NCBI GenBank assembly: GCA_043819555.1
Contig: JBDREQ010000053.1
Location: forward strand, 1-57,239
Origin: Candidatus Zixiibacteriota bacterium
GTDB taxonomy: Bacteria > Zixibacteria > MSB-5A5 > GN15 > JAAZOE01
DNA length: 57,239 nt
Reading direction: 5' to 3'
Made by a program: the position numbers and the translations under genes. Under the pieces are notes generated by a model. It saw only the letters and a program-made list of their open reading frames with translations, was not told where the DNA came from and did not search any database. Each line of letters begins with the position of its first letter. Within the stretch, counting starts at the first letter, position 1. Shown here in pieces: positions 9,407-18,812 of this stretch.

Positions 9407-11598
9407 TTAGAATTTCACTCCAAAACCGAGGTTAACAGTCCGACCAACTCCAAGGGTTCCTTTATCTGCCCATGGATTACTCTCCGTCGCGGGATATCGT
9501 ATTTCCTGATTCAAAACATTGCCAATCTTCAAATTTGAAAACAATCCAGTTCCGCCAATAGCGTTTATCCGCAGATTAGCATCCCAAACCGTATAAGCGC
9601 CAATTGCCTCACCCAATCGGGCCGGTTGATTCTCGAAGACACCGTAGGGATTCTCAGCGCTGGGCGGTTCAATCATGACAAAATTATCAGCCCATTTGGT
9701 TTCCATTCTATCCAGGTACCTCCCAGATACGGCCAGATTAATATTGTGGGGAAAAAGATATGAGGCTTTTAGATATCCCAACAATTTCGGTGCATAACCC
9801 AACTCAATATCTTTCTTGCCCGACTCATTGTTCTGCGATGAGAAATAGCATGTTGTCAGGTTCACGGTTAATTGATTGATCGGTTTTGCCATTAAGCCCA
9901 ATTCCATTCCGTAGTTGGATACATTCCCCGAGTTTGAACTCCACGGAGATGACCTAAAAACATCATTGAAGCGAGAGATTAATTTATCGGCAGTATTCTT
10001 GAATATGCTGATATCAATCACTAATCGAGGTGAAATATCTCCCAAATAATTGACCTCAAAAGTAGTGATTTCAGAAGGTATCAGCCGGCTGTCGAATAGA
10101 AGTGACTCGGTTAACTGATATATTGATGGGGCTTTAATTGCCCTTCCGTACAAAAACTTGATGGCGTGATTTTGGGCGGGTTGATAAATTGCCGCCAATC
10201 GGGGTATAAATTGAATTCCGGTCGAATTTAATGCGGCTGTATTTTTGAATTTAAATTATCTAAAGGCTTGTAAAGGATAATTTCAGATGTAAATCCGCTG
10301 CGATGTTCAAATCGTCCGCCTGCAATAATTGAAAAATTCTCCATGAGAGATACGCCGAATTGCGCAAAGGCGGCCTTTGCATAACAATTTGAATTTGGAT
10401 CCATGCCCAAAGTAATGGAAACCAAATCTATGATATTTGCCTCGGCTTTACTATCAGCTATATTTCGAAGGTAAAAACCAAAAGTAGAGTTGAACCAATT
10501 GTTTGGCTTTATAAATATATCGGATTCAATCTCAAAGGCATTTGAGCCTTCATCTCCTCTGGATAAACCGTTGTCACTAATGTAGTCATAGTTGATTTCA
10601 TAATTATATTCCTGATATGCAAACCTGTTTGACACCGAAACAACATCTGAAATCTCTTTGTCAAAACCAAGCGCCAGAATGGAAGATTGGGTAATGCACT
10701 TTTGTTCCTTGGAGGATGTAATACGTCCGTCAATAGTTCCCATCTCTGTTCTGTTAAAGCTGAAATCAAAATTAAATGAATTGTATTTTCCTGCGACCCC
10801 GGCATATTTATTATTAGAGGAAAGATTGTTTTTTGCCGTCAAATCCTCAGGCAATCCCGCGCTTAAAAGTATATCGGGACCATTGGTCATCATGTCAGTA
10901 TAGGGATTATCGACTCCGCGATCATGAAATCCGGAAACATTCATGGTTAAAAAACCATTTTCAGTATAACTTGAATGCCGGTAAGTCAATCGAGCATTAT
11001 GATTAGAACCGTAAGAACTTCCCAATAGATTGGGTTTAGTTTCTTTCGAAGTTTCATTGGTGATAATGTTAATAGCGCCAAAAAAAGCGCCGCTGCCGTA
11101 TATCACCGACATAGGTCCGCGGACCACTTCAATCCTGTCAATAGCCTCTACGGGAACATTAATTTTGTTGAACGGATAGCTGCTATTTATATCCTCGACC
11201 TGGTTTACACCATTGATCAAAATAATCAAATCATTAAATGGACCAGTGGAGAAGAATCCACGCACTCCAAAATTCTCCGAACCGCGCCAATAATAATCAT
11301 CGACCATATAGAGGCCCGGAACACTCTGCAATATTTCCTGAATAGTCTTATAACCGAAGTTTTCAATTTCATTGCGTGTTATTATGACAACACTGGCCGG
11401 TATATCCTTAACCTTTTCGGCCTGTTTGCCCGCGGTCGTTATTACCGCTTCAACGTTCATCAACTCATCTAAGGATAATGAGAATAAATCCTGTGGCTGA
11501 GTTTCAGAATCGGCGATGATAGGCGAGCCAAGTATGCCTGCCGTTATAAATACAAGCAGAAATGCATAATATTGTGATTTAAAATTGCTATAATTCAC
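9407..11598 (-). pseudogene. TonB-dependent receptor split by a single-base frameshift near 10245 (ORFs 10228..11598 and 9407..10198)
   Basis: LSLDELMNV, PASVVIIT, IDRIEVVRGPMSVIYGSGA plug in the 5' ORF. The alternative frame continues KNTAALNSTGIQFIPRLAAIY and ends in C-terminal Phe (GFGVKF). Confidence 0.85.
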
Positions 11599-11782
11599 AA
11601 TTCCCTCCTCTTATATCTTGTTGTGCATAAAATTTTTTTATGTTTTACACGTAATTTCCGAAGCATCCTGTTGTCATACTATTTTCCCTATTCTGCTATT
11701 GGCGCCACAATTTTTGGCCCAATTACAGTTTTAACTGCAGGATAAGCCCAGATATCCCAATTACCCCATTTAGTAATTAGTT

Positions 11783-11809
11783 GTATCGTCAGTTATTAAA
11801 TAACCTTTA
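11783..11809 (-). promoter_or_regulatory. Sigma28 (FliA/WhiG)-like promoter upstream of the TonB-receptor operon
   Basis: TAAA-N15-GACGATAC on the minus strand versus consensus TAAA-N15-GCCGATAA. Confidence 0.45.
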
Positions 11810-12017
11810 ACCAAAATATTAATAGATTTCAACATTAGTCTAACATACATTGGATAGATTAGTTAGATCTTCAGCACAAACCGAGGCGGAATTTTATTAA
11901 AAAGGGTAACCATATCTAAGGCAATTAAGAATAATAATTTGAACGATAGACCAATGTAATTATATGGCAACTTATCAAATTGCCAATTCTAACAATATTC
12001 GAATGTACAAAAATAAA

Positions 12018-12091
12018 TCGGGGTGAGAGGATTTGAACCTCCGACATCTTGCTCCCAAAGCAAGCGCGCTGCCAGGCTGCGCTACACCCCG
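12018..12091 (-). tRNA. tRNA-Pro (anticodon TGG), CCA not encoded
   Basis: CGGGGTGTAGCGCAGCCTGGCAGCGCG-CTTGC-TTTGGGA-GCAAG-...GGTTCAAATCC...CACCCCGA; upstream TTGACT-N17-TAGATT promoter. Confidence 0.95.
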
Positions 12092-12137
12092 AAACGAGGA
12101 TCTAATCTACTTTTGTTTTATCGGAAAGTCAAGCCGT

Positions 12138-12734
12138 TCATGATATCCGTTCGGCCAGCAATTGCGCGGCTTTAAAGAGGGCCTTGCCTCGATGTGACAC
12201 TTTGTTTTTATCTTCTAATGATATCTCGGCGAACGTCTTACCCAATGGAGGATAATAAAAGACCGGATCGTAGCCGAAGCCGTTAGTAAACTCAGACGAC
12301 ACCTCGGTTATAAATCCTTCAACCGTGCCGTCAACCAATTTGGTGTCGTTTTCGCCAAAACTTATTGCGATCACGCATCTAAATCGAGCCGTTCGTTTCT
12401 CTTTTTCAACCCCGGCCATCTCATGAATTAGCTTTCGATTATTGTCTTCATAACTGCATCCCGGGCCGGCATAGCGGGACGAATAGACTCCCGGTGCCCC
12501 ATCAAGAGCGTCAACTTCAAGACCGGAATCGTCAGCCAGCGAGGGGAGACCGGTTGCTTTGAAAATACCTTCAGCTTTTAGAATTGCGTTTTCTTCGAGA
12601 GTCATACCGGTTTCTTCGATATCCGGAAAATCTTCAAAATCTTTTGAGGTCAATATTTCAATATCGAGGTCATCGAGCAGATTTTTCATCTCCCGAACTT
12701 TATCCCGATTATTTGTCGCCAGTACCAGTTTCAT
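12138..12734 (-). CDS. rdgB: XTP/dITP pyrophosphatase (RdgB/HAM1)
   Basis: LVLATNNRDK, ADDSGLEV, PGVYSSRY, GFGYDPVF, SHRGKA. Confidence 0.95.
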   Translation of the reverse strand: MKLVLATNNRDKVREMKNLLDDLDIEILTSKDFEDFPDIEETGMTLEENAILKAEGIFKATGLPSLADDSGLEVDALDGAPGVYSSRYAGPGCSYEDNNRKLIHEMAGVEKEKRTARFRCVIAISFGENDTKLVDGTVEGFITEVSSEFTNGFGYDPVFYYPPLGKTFAEISLEDKNKVSHRGKALFKAAQLLAERIS

Positions 12735-12760
12735 GGATTATTCCGATTTTATTAGGTGTA

Positions 12761-13570
12761 TCAATACTTCGTGATATCAACCCGGATGATGTTTTCGATG
12801 CGTTGGCCCAGGAATCTTTCGGCAACGGGAGTGAATTTCTCGGGCACATCAGAAACAAAATACTTATGAACAGCCGGAGTCGATTCTTCCTTTAACAAAT
12901 TATTTTTCTCAAGATACTGTTTCAATTCAATCGCGGTAAATGTTGCCGAATCTATGATTTTCACATTGTCGCCAACCGCTTTCTGAATCGGCTCTTTTAA
13001 TAGTGGATAGTGAGTACACCCCAGAACAAGCGTATCAATATCGTTTTCACGCAGAATTTTCAAATAATCTTCAGCTATCAAATAGGTCGCCTCTTTATCC
13101 TGATATCCTTCTTCCGCCAAAGGCACAAACAGGGGACAGGCCAGTGAAAAAACTTTTATCTCGGCGTCTATCTCGTGAATCGCTTTTGGATAAGCATCAG
13201 AGGCAATGGTAGCTTGAGTTCCGATAATTCCGACTTTGCCGTTATTCGTTGTTCGAATAGCCGCCCTCGCTCCCGGTTTTATTACTCCCAGCATCCCGAT
13301 CGCGTTTTCCGCGGAGACAGTATCGATTGCTACGGCGGAGGCGGAATTGCATGCGCCGACGATAAATTTGACATCCTGCTCGAGCATGAAGGCGACATCC
13401 TGACGGGTAAACTGAATGATGATATCTTTGGATCGGGGACCGTACGGAGTCCGGCCCATATCACCAAAATAGACTAGATCCTCATCAGGCAGTACATTCA
13501 TAATCGCCGCCAGAACCGTCAATCCGCCGACACCCGAATCAAAAACGCCAATCGGTTTATTTTTCATCAT
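12761..13570 (-). CDS. murI: Glutamate racemase
   Basis: FDSGVGGLTV, ACNSAS, LGCTHYP. Confidence 0.96.
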   Translation of the reverse strand: MMKNKPIGVFDSGVGGLTVLAAIMNVLPDEDLVYFGDMGRTPYGPRSKDIIIQFTRQDVAFMLEQDVKFIVGACNSASAVAIDTVSAENAIGMLGVIKPGARAAIRTTNNGKVGIIGTQATIASDAYPKAIHEIDAEIKVFSLACPLFVPLAEEGYQDKEATYLIAEDYLKILRENDIDTLVLGCTHYPLLKEPIQKAVGDNVKIIDSATFTAIELKQYLEKNNLLKEESTPAVHKYFVSDVPEKFTPVAERFLGQRIENIIRVDITKY

Positions 13571-15039
13571 ATCCTTTCGTACTTGGCCTTAAATCTCTTA
13601 ATCGAGTTATAAATCGCTTCTGCGATATCATTTCGAAAACTCTTTTTGCGCAGCAAATTTTCTTCATCCTTGTTGGATATAAACGCGGCTTCGATCAAAA
13701 TCGAAGGCATATAGACGCGATTCAAAACAAAAAAAGCGGCATGGTCGACACCGCGAGGCCGAATATTTATTTTTTTGCGCACTTCGATATCGGTCATATA
13801 AGCCAGATCCGCGGACTCGGTCAAAAACTCAGTCTGAATCATATCATTCAATATAAAAGCCAAATCATCTTCGGGATTTTTGTCAAGACCGGGATCGTTT
13901 ATCAAAAACGGGGCATTTTCAATCTGAGCGATTGCCCGGGCGGAATCATTTTTGGCCGGAGCGAGATAAAACACCTGATGGCCGCTGGCCTGCTTTTTAG
14001 ATGACGAATTGCAATGAATCGATACAAATAAATCGGCCTTGGCATCATTGGCGATTCTGGCCCGCTCGTCCAGAGAAACATAAGTGTCCTTGGTGCGGGT
14101 CATGACAACCTTAAATTGCTTGTCTTTGCGGATTAATTTTGCCAATGCCTCGGCGATTTCAAGATTAATCTCTTTTTCCCGAGTTCGTTTATTTCTGCCA
14201 ATCGCGCCGTAATCGCTGCCGCCATGTCCGGGATCAATGACAATTACATCGATTTTCTCATCGGGGCCAATTCGGTTAATATCCGTACTGAGGCTATCCG
14301 GGTTAAAAAGCGCGTCTTCAATCGATATCTGCAACCGTCCCGGATTGGACTTAAATGTATGATGAAACTTCTTATATCCCCGCCTCAACCGAAACGATAT
14401 CTGCGCCGATGTTTCAAATTGAAAGGCATTTATTTTCCAAACGTGGCGGCGGTCAATGCTTGACAATATTTTGTCGGTATTTATCCTGACATCAGGAAAG
14501 TGGATATTTATCCAATTACCCTCGCTTTCGGTTATTTCAAAATGCAGAGGCGCGGTCATAAAGATTTCAATCAAAAGGCCGTTGGCCTTTGGCATTATGG
14601 CTACGTCGGTAATATGAAACCACTCGGCATCAATGCTCAGGGTTCTTCGTTCCTGATTCCATGAAATGTTTTCGGGCCGTCCCAGATTTAAAAGAGGGGA
14701 AAAATATTCAGCCGGCACATACAGGGCGCCTTTTTTGACAAGCGCGGGAACCATCATATTAAAATTATTGCCATTGATATTCACATAAGGAGAACCGACC
14801 ATAAATTCATAACGGTTGGTATCAAGAATCATGCGAACTGAAAATCCCGGAGTAATCCATTCGAGGCGTCCGATGAGAAGCTGATTCAGCTGCGAGAGAT
14901 TATAATAGAGGGCGTCATCCGCCCCGTATGACGATATTTTTTCCGTTCCCCCGGAAGTTTTGACTTTTACATCATCAGCTTGAAGGCCACCGCAAGAGAT
15001 AAAGAGAAAAATAATCAATATCCAAAGGGTCAATTTCAT
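13567..15039 (-). CDS. N-acetylmuramoyl-L-alanine amidase (Amidase_3, AmiC-like)
   Basis: Signal peptide, IDPGHGG, EKEINL, FVSIHCN, PSILIEAAFISN. Confidence 0.92.
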   Translation of the reverse strand: MKLTLWILIIFLFISCGGLQADDVKVKTSGGTEKISSYGADDALYYNLSQLNQLLIGRLEWITPGFSVRMILDTNRYEFMVGSPYVNINGNNFNMMVPALVKKGALYVPAEYFSPLLNLGRPENISWNQERRTLSIDAEWFHITDVAIMPKANGLLIEIFMTAPLHFEITESEGNWINIHFPDVRINTDKILSSIDRRHVWKINAFQFETSAQISFRLRRGYKKFHHTFKSNPGRLQISIEDALFNPDSLSTDINRIGPDEKIDVIVIDPGHGGSDYGAIGRNKRTREKEINLEIAEALAKLIRKDKQFKVVMTRTKDTYVSLDERARIANDAKADLFVSIHCNSSSKKQASGHQVFYLAPAKNDSARAIAQIENAPFLINDPGLDKNPEDDLAFILNDMIQTEFLTESADLAYMTDIEVRKKINIRPRGVDHAAFFVLNRVYMPSILIEAAFISNKDEENLLRKKSFRNDIAEAIYNSIKRFKAKYERI

Positions 15040-15506
15040 TTATTATGCTCTCTTATCTTTCGGGCCATATCCCGGTCAGCTTCTCGTTTGGCAATCGCCT
15101 GTCTTTTGTCATATTTTTTCTTGCCTCGGGCAATGCCCAATTCAACTTTGGCATACGGTCCTTTGAAATATATCTTTAATGGTACGATTGTATAACCCTT
15201 CTCATTGATGGCCTTCCAGAGCTTTTTTATTTCTCTTTTATTGAGCAGCAAACGGCGTTTGCGAATTGGATCATGATTTTCTACCGTTGCCATTTTATAC
15301 TGACTTATATGTAAATTGATTAAAATTACTTCGCCTTCGATAATCGTGGCATACGCGTCCGCCATCTGGATTTTGCCGATCCGAATGGATTTGACTTCAC
15401 TGCCAACCAAAGATATGCCGGCCTCGATACGTTCCATAATTTCAAACTCATGGAAAGCCTTGCGGTTGGTCGTAATAACCTTTATTTTTCTCTCTGCGTC
15501 AGACAT
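15036..15506 (-). CDS. smpB: SsrA-binding protein
   Basis: NRKAFHEF, EAGISLVGSEVKS, RKRRLLL, GKKKYDKR; start at ATG 15506 (MSDAERK). Confidence 0.96.
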   Translation of the reverse strand: MSDAERKIKVITTNRKAFHEFEIMERIEAGISLVGSEVKSIRIGKIQMADAYATIIEGEVILINLHISQYKMATVENHDPIRKRRLLLNKREIKKLWKAINEKGYTIVPLKIYFKGPYAKVELGIARGKKKYDKRQAIAKREADRDMARKIREHNK

Positions 15507-15569
15507 TGCATGGAAAATAGAGTGGTACAAGCGTTAGGGCAATATAATTGTTACATTAAAGGACTCGAT

Positions 15570-16421
15570 ATGGCGTCAAAAAATAAAAAATCTTCATATG
15601 ATTTTAGAGTAGGGATCCTACAGTTTAAACCCAAACTGGGTGATGTTGAATACAATCTGGGAGCCATAAAGCGTTATTTGTCCCGTCGAAAATTCGACCT
15701 GGCCGTACTACCCGAACTGGCCACGACCGGGTATAATTTCCCAAACCGGGGTTACCTTGAAAATGTTTCAGAGACGAGAAATGGCAAATCATCAGAGTTT
15801 TTCAAATACCTGTCGGCAAAAACAGGCGGGGCAATCGTTTGGGGTATGGCCGAAAAATGCAGGGGGAAAATATATAACACGGCCATCTTAACTACTCCCG
15901 AAGGAGACCAATTTTACTACCGGAAAACTCACTTATTTTTCAGAGAAAAAGAACTTTTCAATCCCGGTAATACAGGTTTTAACGTCTTTGAATGGCGGGG
16001 AGTAAAAATCGGATTGATGATATGTTTTGACTGGATTTTTCCCGAGGCGGCCCGCACGCTGGCTCTGAAAGGAAGCCAGATTATATGCCATCCATCAAAT
16101 CTGGTTATGCATTACTGCCAGGATGCAATGATAACGCGTTCAATAGAAAACGGCGTTTTTTGTGCTCTGGCCAATCGGGTTGGAGTGGAAAATTCGGCCG
16201 GGATTAATTTGAAATTCACGGGTGGTTCTCAGGTTACCGATATCTGGGGCCGGAGAATATTGCAATTTACATCTGCCGAGCAAGCCTTCAAAACGGTTAA
16301 GGTAAATCCTTCAACGGCCGATACTAAAACAGTAAACAATTATAATCATCTGTTTGATGATAGGGTGGTTAAATACTATCAAAACTACCGAGGTGGTTTA
16401 TGGAATCAACCGGGGTCGTAA
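15570..16421 (+). CDS. Carbon-nitrogen hydrolase (nitrilase superfamily)
   Basis: E-K-C triad in LPELA, YRKTHLF, ICFDW; AAGGA SD before ATG 15570. Confidence 0.9.
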   Translation: MASKNKKSSYDFRVGILQFKPKLGDVEYNLGAIKRYLSRRKFDLAVLPELATTGYNFPNRGYLENVSETRNGKSSEFFKYLSAKTGGAIVWGMAEKCRGKIYNTAILTTPEGDQFYYRKTHLFFREKELFNPGNTGFNVFEWRGVKIGLMICFDWIFPEAARTLALKGSQIICHPSNLVMHYCQDAMITRSIENGVFCALANRVGVENSAGINLKFTGGSQVTDIWGRRILQFTSAEQAFKTVKVNPSTADTKTVNNYNHLFDDRVVKYYQNYRGGLWNQPGS

Positions 16422-16801
16422 AAGGCGCGAATATTTTAGTCATCGATGATGAACCTGAAATAACGGAAATAATAGAAGCGTTTCTCGATAACGCCGGATA
16501 TAATGTTCAAGTAGAAAATAGTCCGACCAAAGCCGTTGCACTGGCTAAAACTTTGAGTCCGGATCTGATACTACTCGATATTATGATGCCCGGTACAGAT
16601 GGTTATCAAATATGCAACCGCATTAAAGAAGAACCGGGACTGAGCAATACACCGGTTATTTTTCTGACCGGGAAGGACTCAAAGGACGATCAGGGACGAT
16701 CATTTCAGGTTGGCGGGGATATGTATATTAAGAAGCCATTTAGCTGTGAAAGACTGCTTGAAATTGTAAATATTGTGTTGTTGTCGGTTAACAAAGGCTA
16801 G
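16400..16801 (+). CDS. Single-domain response regulator
   Basis: ILVIDDE, LLDIMMPGTDG, PVIFLT, YIKKPF. Confidence 0.92.
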   Translation: MESTGVVKGANILVIDDEPEITEIIEAFLDNAGYNVQVENSPTKAVALAKTLSPDLILLDIMMPGTDGYQICNRIKEEPGLSNTPVIFLTGKDSKDDQGRSFQVGGDMYIKKPFSCERLLEIVNIVLLSVNKG

Positions 16802-16807
16802 GCAATT

Positions 16808-16836
16808 AAAAACTCCGGAACTTTCCGGAGTTTTTT
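16808..16836. terminator. Bidirectional intrinsic terminator
   Basis: AAAAACTCCGGAA-CT-TTCCGGAGTTTTTT perfect hairpin flanked by A and T runs. Confidence 0.85.
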
Positions 16837-16839
16837 GTG

Positions 16840-16867
16840 TTGACAATATTGTGCAGTGCACTATATT
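16840..16867 (+). promoter_or_regulatory. Sigma70 promoter of the phaR-like gene with an embedded TGC-repeat operator candidate
   Basis: TTGACA-N16-TATATT; spacer contains GTGCAGTGCAC; ATG lies 6 nt after the -10. Confidence 0.6.
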
Positions 16868-16873
16868 TGAATT

Positions 16874-17440
16874 ATGAAGATAATTAAACGATACAGGAAT
16901 CGCCGTTTATACGACACGGAACTTAGGGAGTTTATTGTTATTCCTGATTTGGAATTAATGGTGCGGCAAAATAAGTCATTTGTCGTAATCGATAATTCCA
17001 CGGGAAAAGATATAACCTTATCGGTGCTCACGGCGGTCCTTGGCGAACAGGTTCACAATTGGCGTGATACCGACCTGTCGCTGGATTTATTGCAATCAGT
17101 TATAAAAATAGGAGGTCGCCGTTCCATGAATATTTTGAAGAATACGGCTCTGGCCGGAATCGGACTGGTTAATATAACCAGGAAAAAGGCGGAAGAATTA
17201 ATTGAGACTCTGATTAAATCAGGGGAACTTTCCAAATCCGATAAAAAAGAAGCGGTAATGGAGCTCTTGGCAAAAGCGGAAAAAAGCGCCAAAGAAACCA
17301 AAGACAAGTTCACAAGAGGAATCGACAGGGGCATCGAGAATTTTCCCCTGGTTATGAAATCAGATTTCGAAAAGCTCGTAAAGAAAGTAGAGGGCTTATC
17401 GCGTAAATTAAATAAGCTTGAGAAAACGATTTCGTCCTGA
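16874..17440 (+). CDS. PhaR-type DNA-binding domain fused to a phasin-like helical domain
   Basis: IIKRYRNRRLYDT...VVIDNSTGKDIT is the PhaR N-terminal signature; the C-terminal LAGIGLVNITRKKAEELIETLIKSGEL resembles phasin-family proteins. Confidence 0.8.
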   Translation: MKIIKRYRNRRLYDTELREFIVIPDLELMVRQNKSFVVIDNSTGKDITLSVLTAVLGEQVHNWRDTDLSLDLLQSVIKIGGRRSMNILKNTALAGIGLVNITRKKAEELIETLIKSGELSKSDKKEAVMELLAKAEKSAKETKDKFTRGIDRGIENFPLVMKSDFEKLVKKVEGLSRKLNKLEKTISS

Positions 17441-17762
17441 TATAAGGCGGGTTTGGCTGAATATTACTGATTTTTGCGCGGAAATGTCAAGCAGTAACAG
17501 GATTGTTTCATCATCCATCGAGATTGCATAAGTGACCGCATTGGGCATTAGTCCGATGGCATTCAGTCAATTGCGTCCAATTGCCATTTTATATTATATT
17601 TTCATTCCATGCTCCAGAAATTGAATTGCTGGATAAAATATCGACACCGAAATGATATATATTTTGCTTCTTTGGATTCTCTTCAAAATGAAAATTTCCC
17701 CAATCTTTAACCCGGTTATTGAACTTGTTTGACCCGTATATTTGCGGTAAATTATATGCCTT

Positions 17763-18812
17763 ATGAATGAGGCATTGAATTTATGCGGACTATCGCGTTC
17801 TGATTTAGAACAGCTGATGGAATCAATTGGAAAGAAACCATTCCACGGCCGTCAATTGTACAAGTGGCTTTATAAGAAAAATATTTTTGACTTTACCCAA
17901 ATGACCGACCTTGGCCAGGGATTGCAAAAGATCCTTTTGGACAAATACAGGGTGGAAATTCCTCGGGAAATTGACTCTCGCAAATCAAGCGATGGAACCA
18001 CCAAATTCCTCCTGCGTCTTGAGGATAATGAGGTAATTGAATCGGTTTTAATTCCTGATGAAAAATCCGTCCGAATGACTTACTGCATTTCTTCTCAAGT
18101 CGGTTGCGCCCTTAATTGCGGGTTTTGCGCGACCGGCCAATTGGGATTTAGGCGCAACCTGACAGTAGGGGAGATTGTCGGTCAGGTTATATTTATCCGT
18201 CGACTAAAAGGTTCTGATGCCTTTGATAATTTGGTTTTTATGGGAATGGGGGAGCCCTTGCTGAATTTGGATAACGTCTTGGCGTCTATTGACATATTAA
18301 CCGATTCGCTGGGATTCATGCTCGGCGCCCGAAGGATGACTGTCTCAACGGCCGGGATTATCCCTGGAATAATAAAACTGACCGAATCGGGCTCCAAAGT
18401 AAATCTGGCGGTTTCATTAAACGCGGCCGATGACAATCTCAGAAAGCGTCTTATACCGATCGCCAAATCATATAAACTGAATGATTTAATTGAAGCAGTA
18501 AAAAAATGGACAAAAGCCGGAGCAAGACGCGTTACGTTTGAATATATATTGATTAAAGACATCAATGACAGCGATCGTCATGCCATAGATTTATCCAAAC
18601 TTATCCGGGGGGTGCCGTGTAAAATTAATATATTGGCCTTTAATCCGATCGCTGGATGCCCCTGGGAAGCTCCCGGCAGTGAGGCTGTTGATCGATTCGC
18701 AAAGATATTATTTCCACGGGCGCCGGCAGTCACTGTCCGGCAAAGCCGGGGTGGAGATATTGCCGCGGCCTGCGGCCAATTGGCAGGCCAGAAGGGATAT
18801 TTATGCGCCTAA
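17763..18812 (+). CDS. rlmN: Dual-specificity RNA methyltransferase RlmN (radical SAM)
   Basis: CISSQVGCALNCGFCATG, FMGMGEP, DIAAACGQL. Confidence 0.96.
   Translation: MNEALNLCGLSRSDLEQLMESIGKKPFHGRQLYKWLYKKNIFDFTQMTDLGQGLQKILLDKYRVEIPREIDSRKSSDGTTKFLLRLEDNEVIESVLIPDEKSVRMTYCISSQVGCALNCGFCATGQLGFRRNLTVGEIVGQVIFIRRLKGSDAFDNLVFMGMGEPLLNLDNVLASIDILTDSLGFMLGARRMTVSTAGIIPGIIKLTESGSKVNLAVSLNAADDNLRKRLIPIAKSYKLNDLIEAVKKWTKAGARRVTFEYILIKDINDSDRHAIDLSKLIRGVPCKINILAFNPIAGCPWEAPGSEAVDRFAKILFPRAPAVTVRQSRGGDIAAACGQLAGQKGYLCA

Noticed and set aside
4426..12017. Genomic island integrated at tRNA-Pro or tRNA-Arg carrying the signalling cassette
   Set aside because: No duplicated tRNA 3' end (att) and no integrase found at either side.
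15036..15570. tmRNA (ssrA) next to smpB
   Set aside because: The intergenic space is too short and no tRNA-Ala-like ends were seen.
17441..17762. Structured ncRNA or riboswitch upstream of rlmN
   Set aside because: Only weak imperfect pairing; no recognisable family motif.
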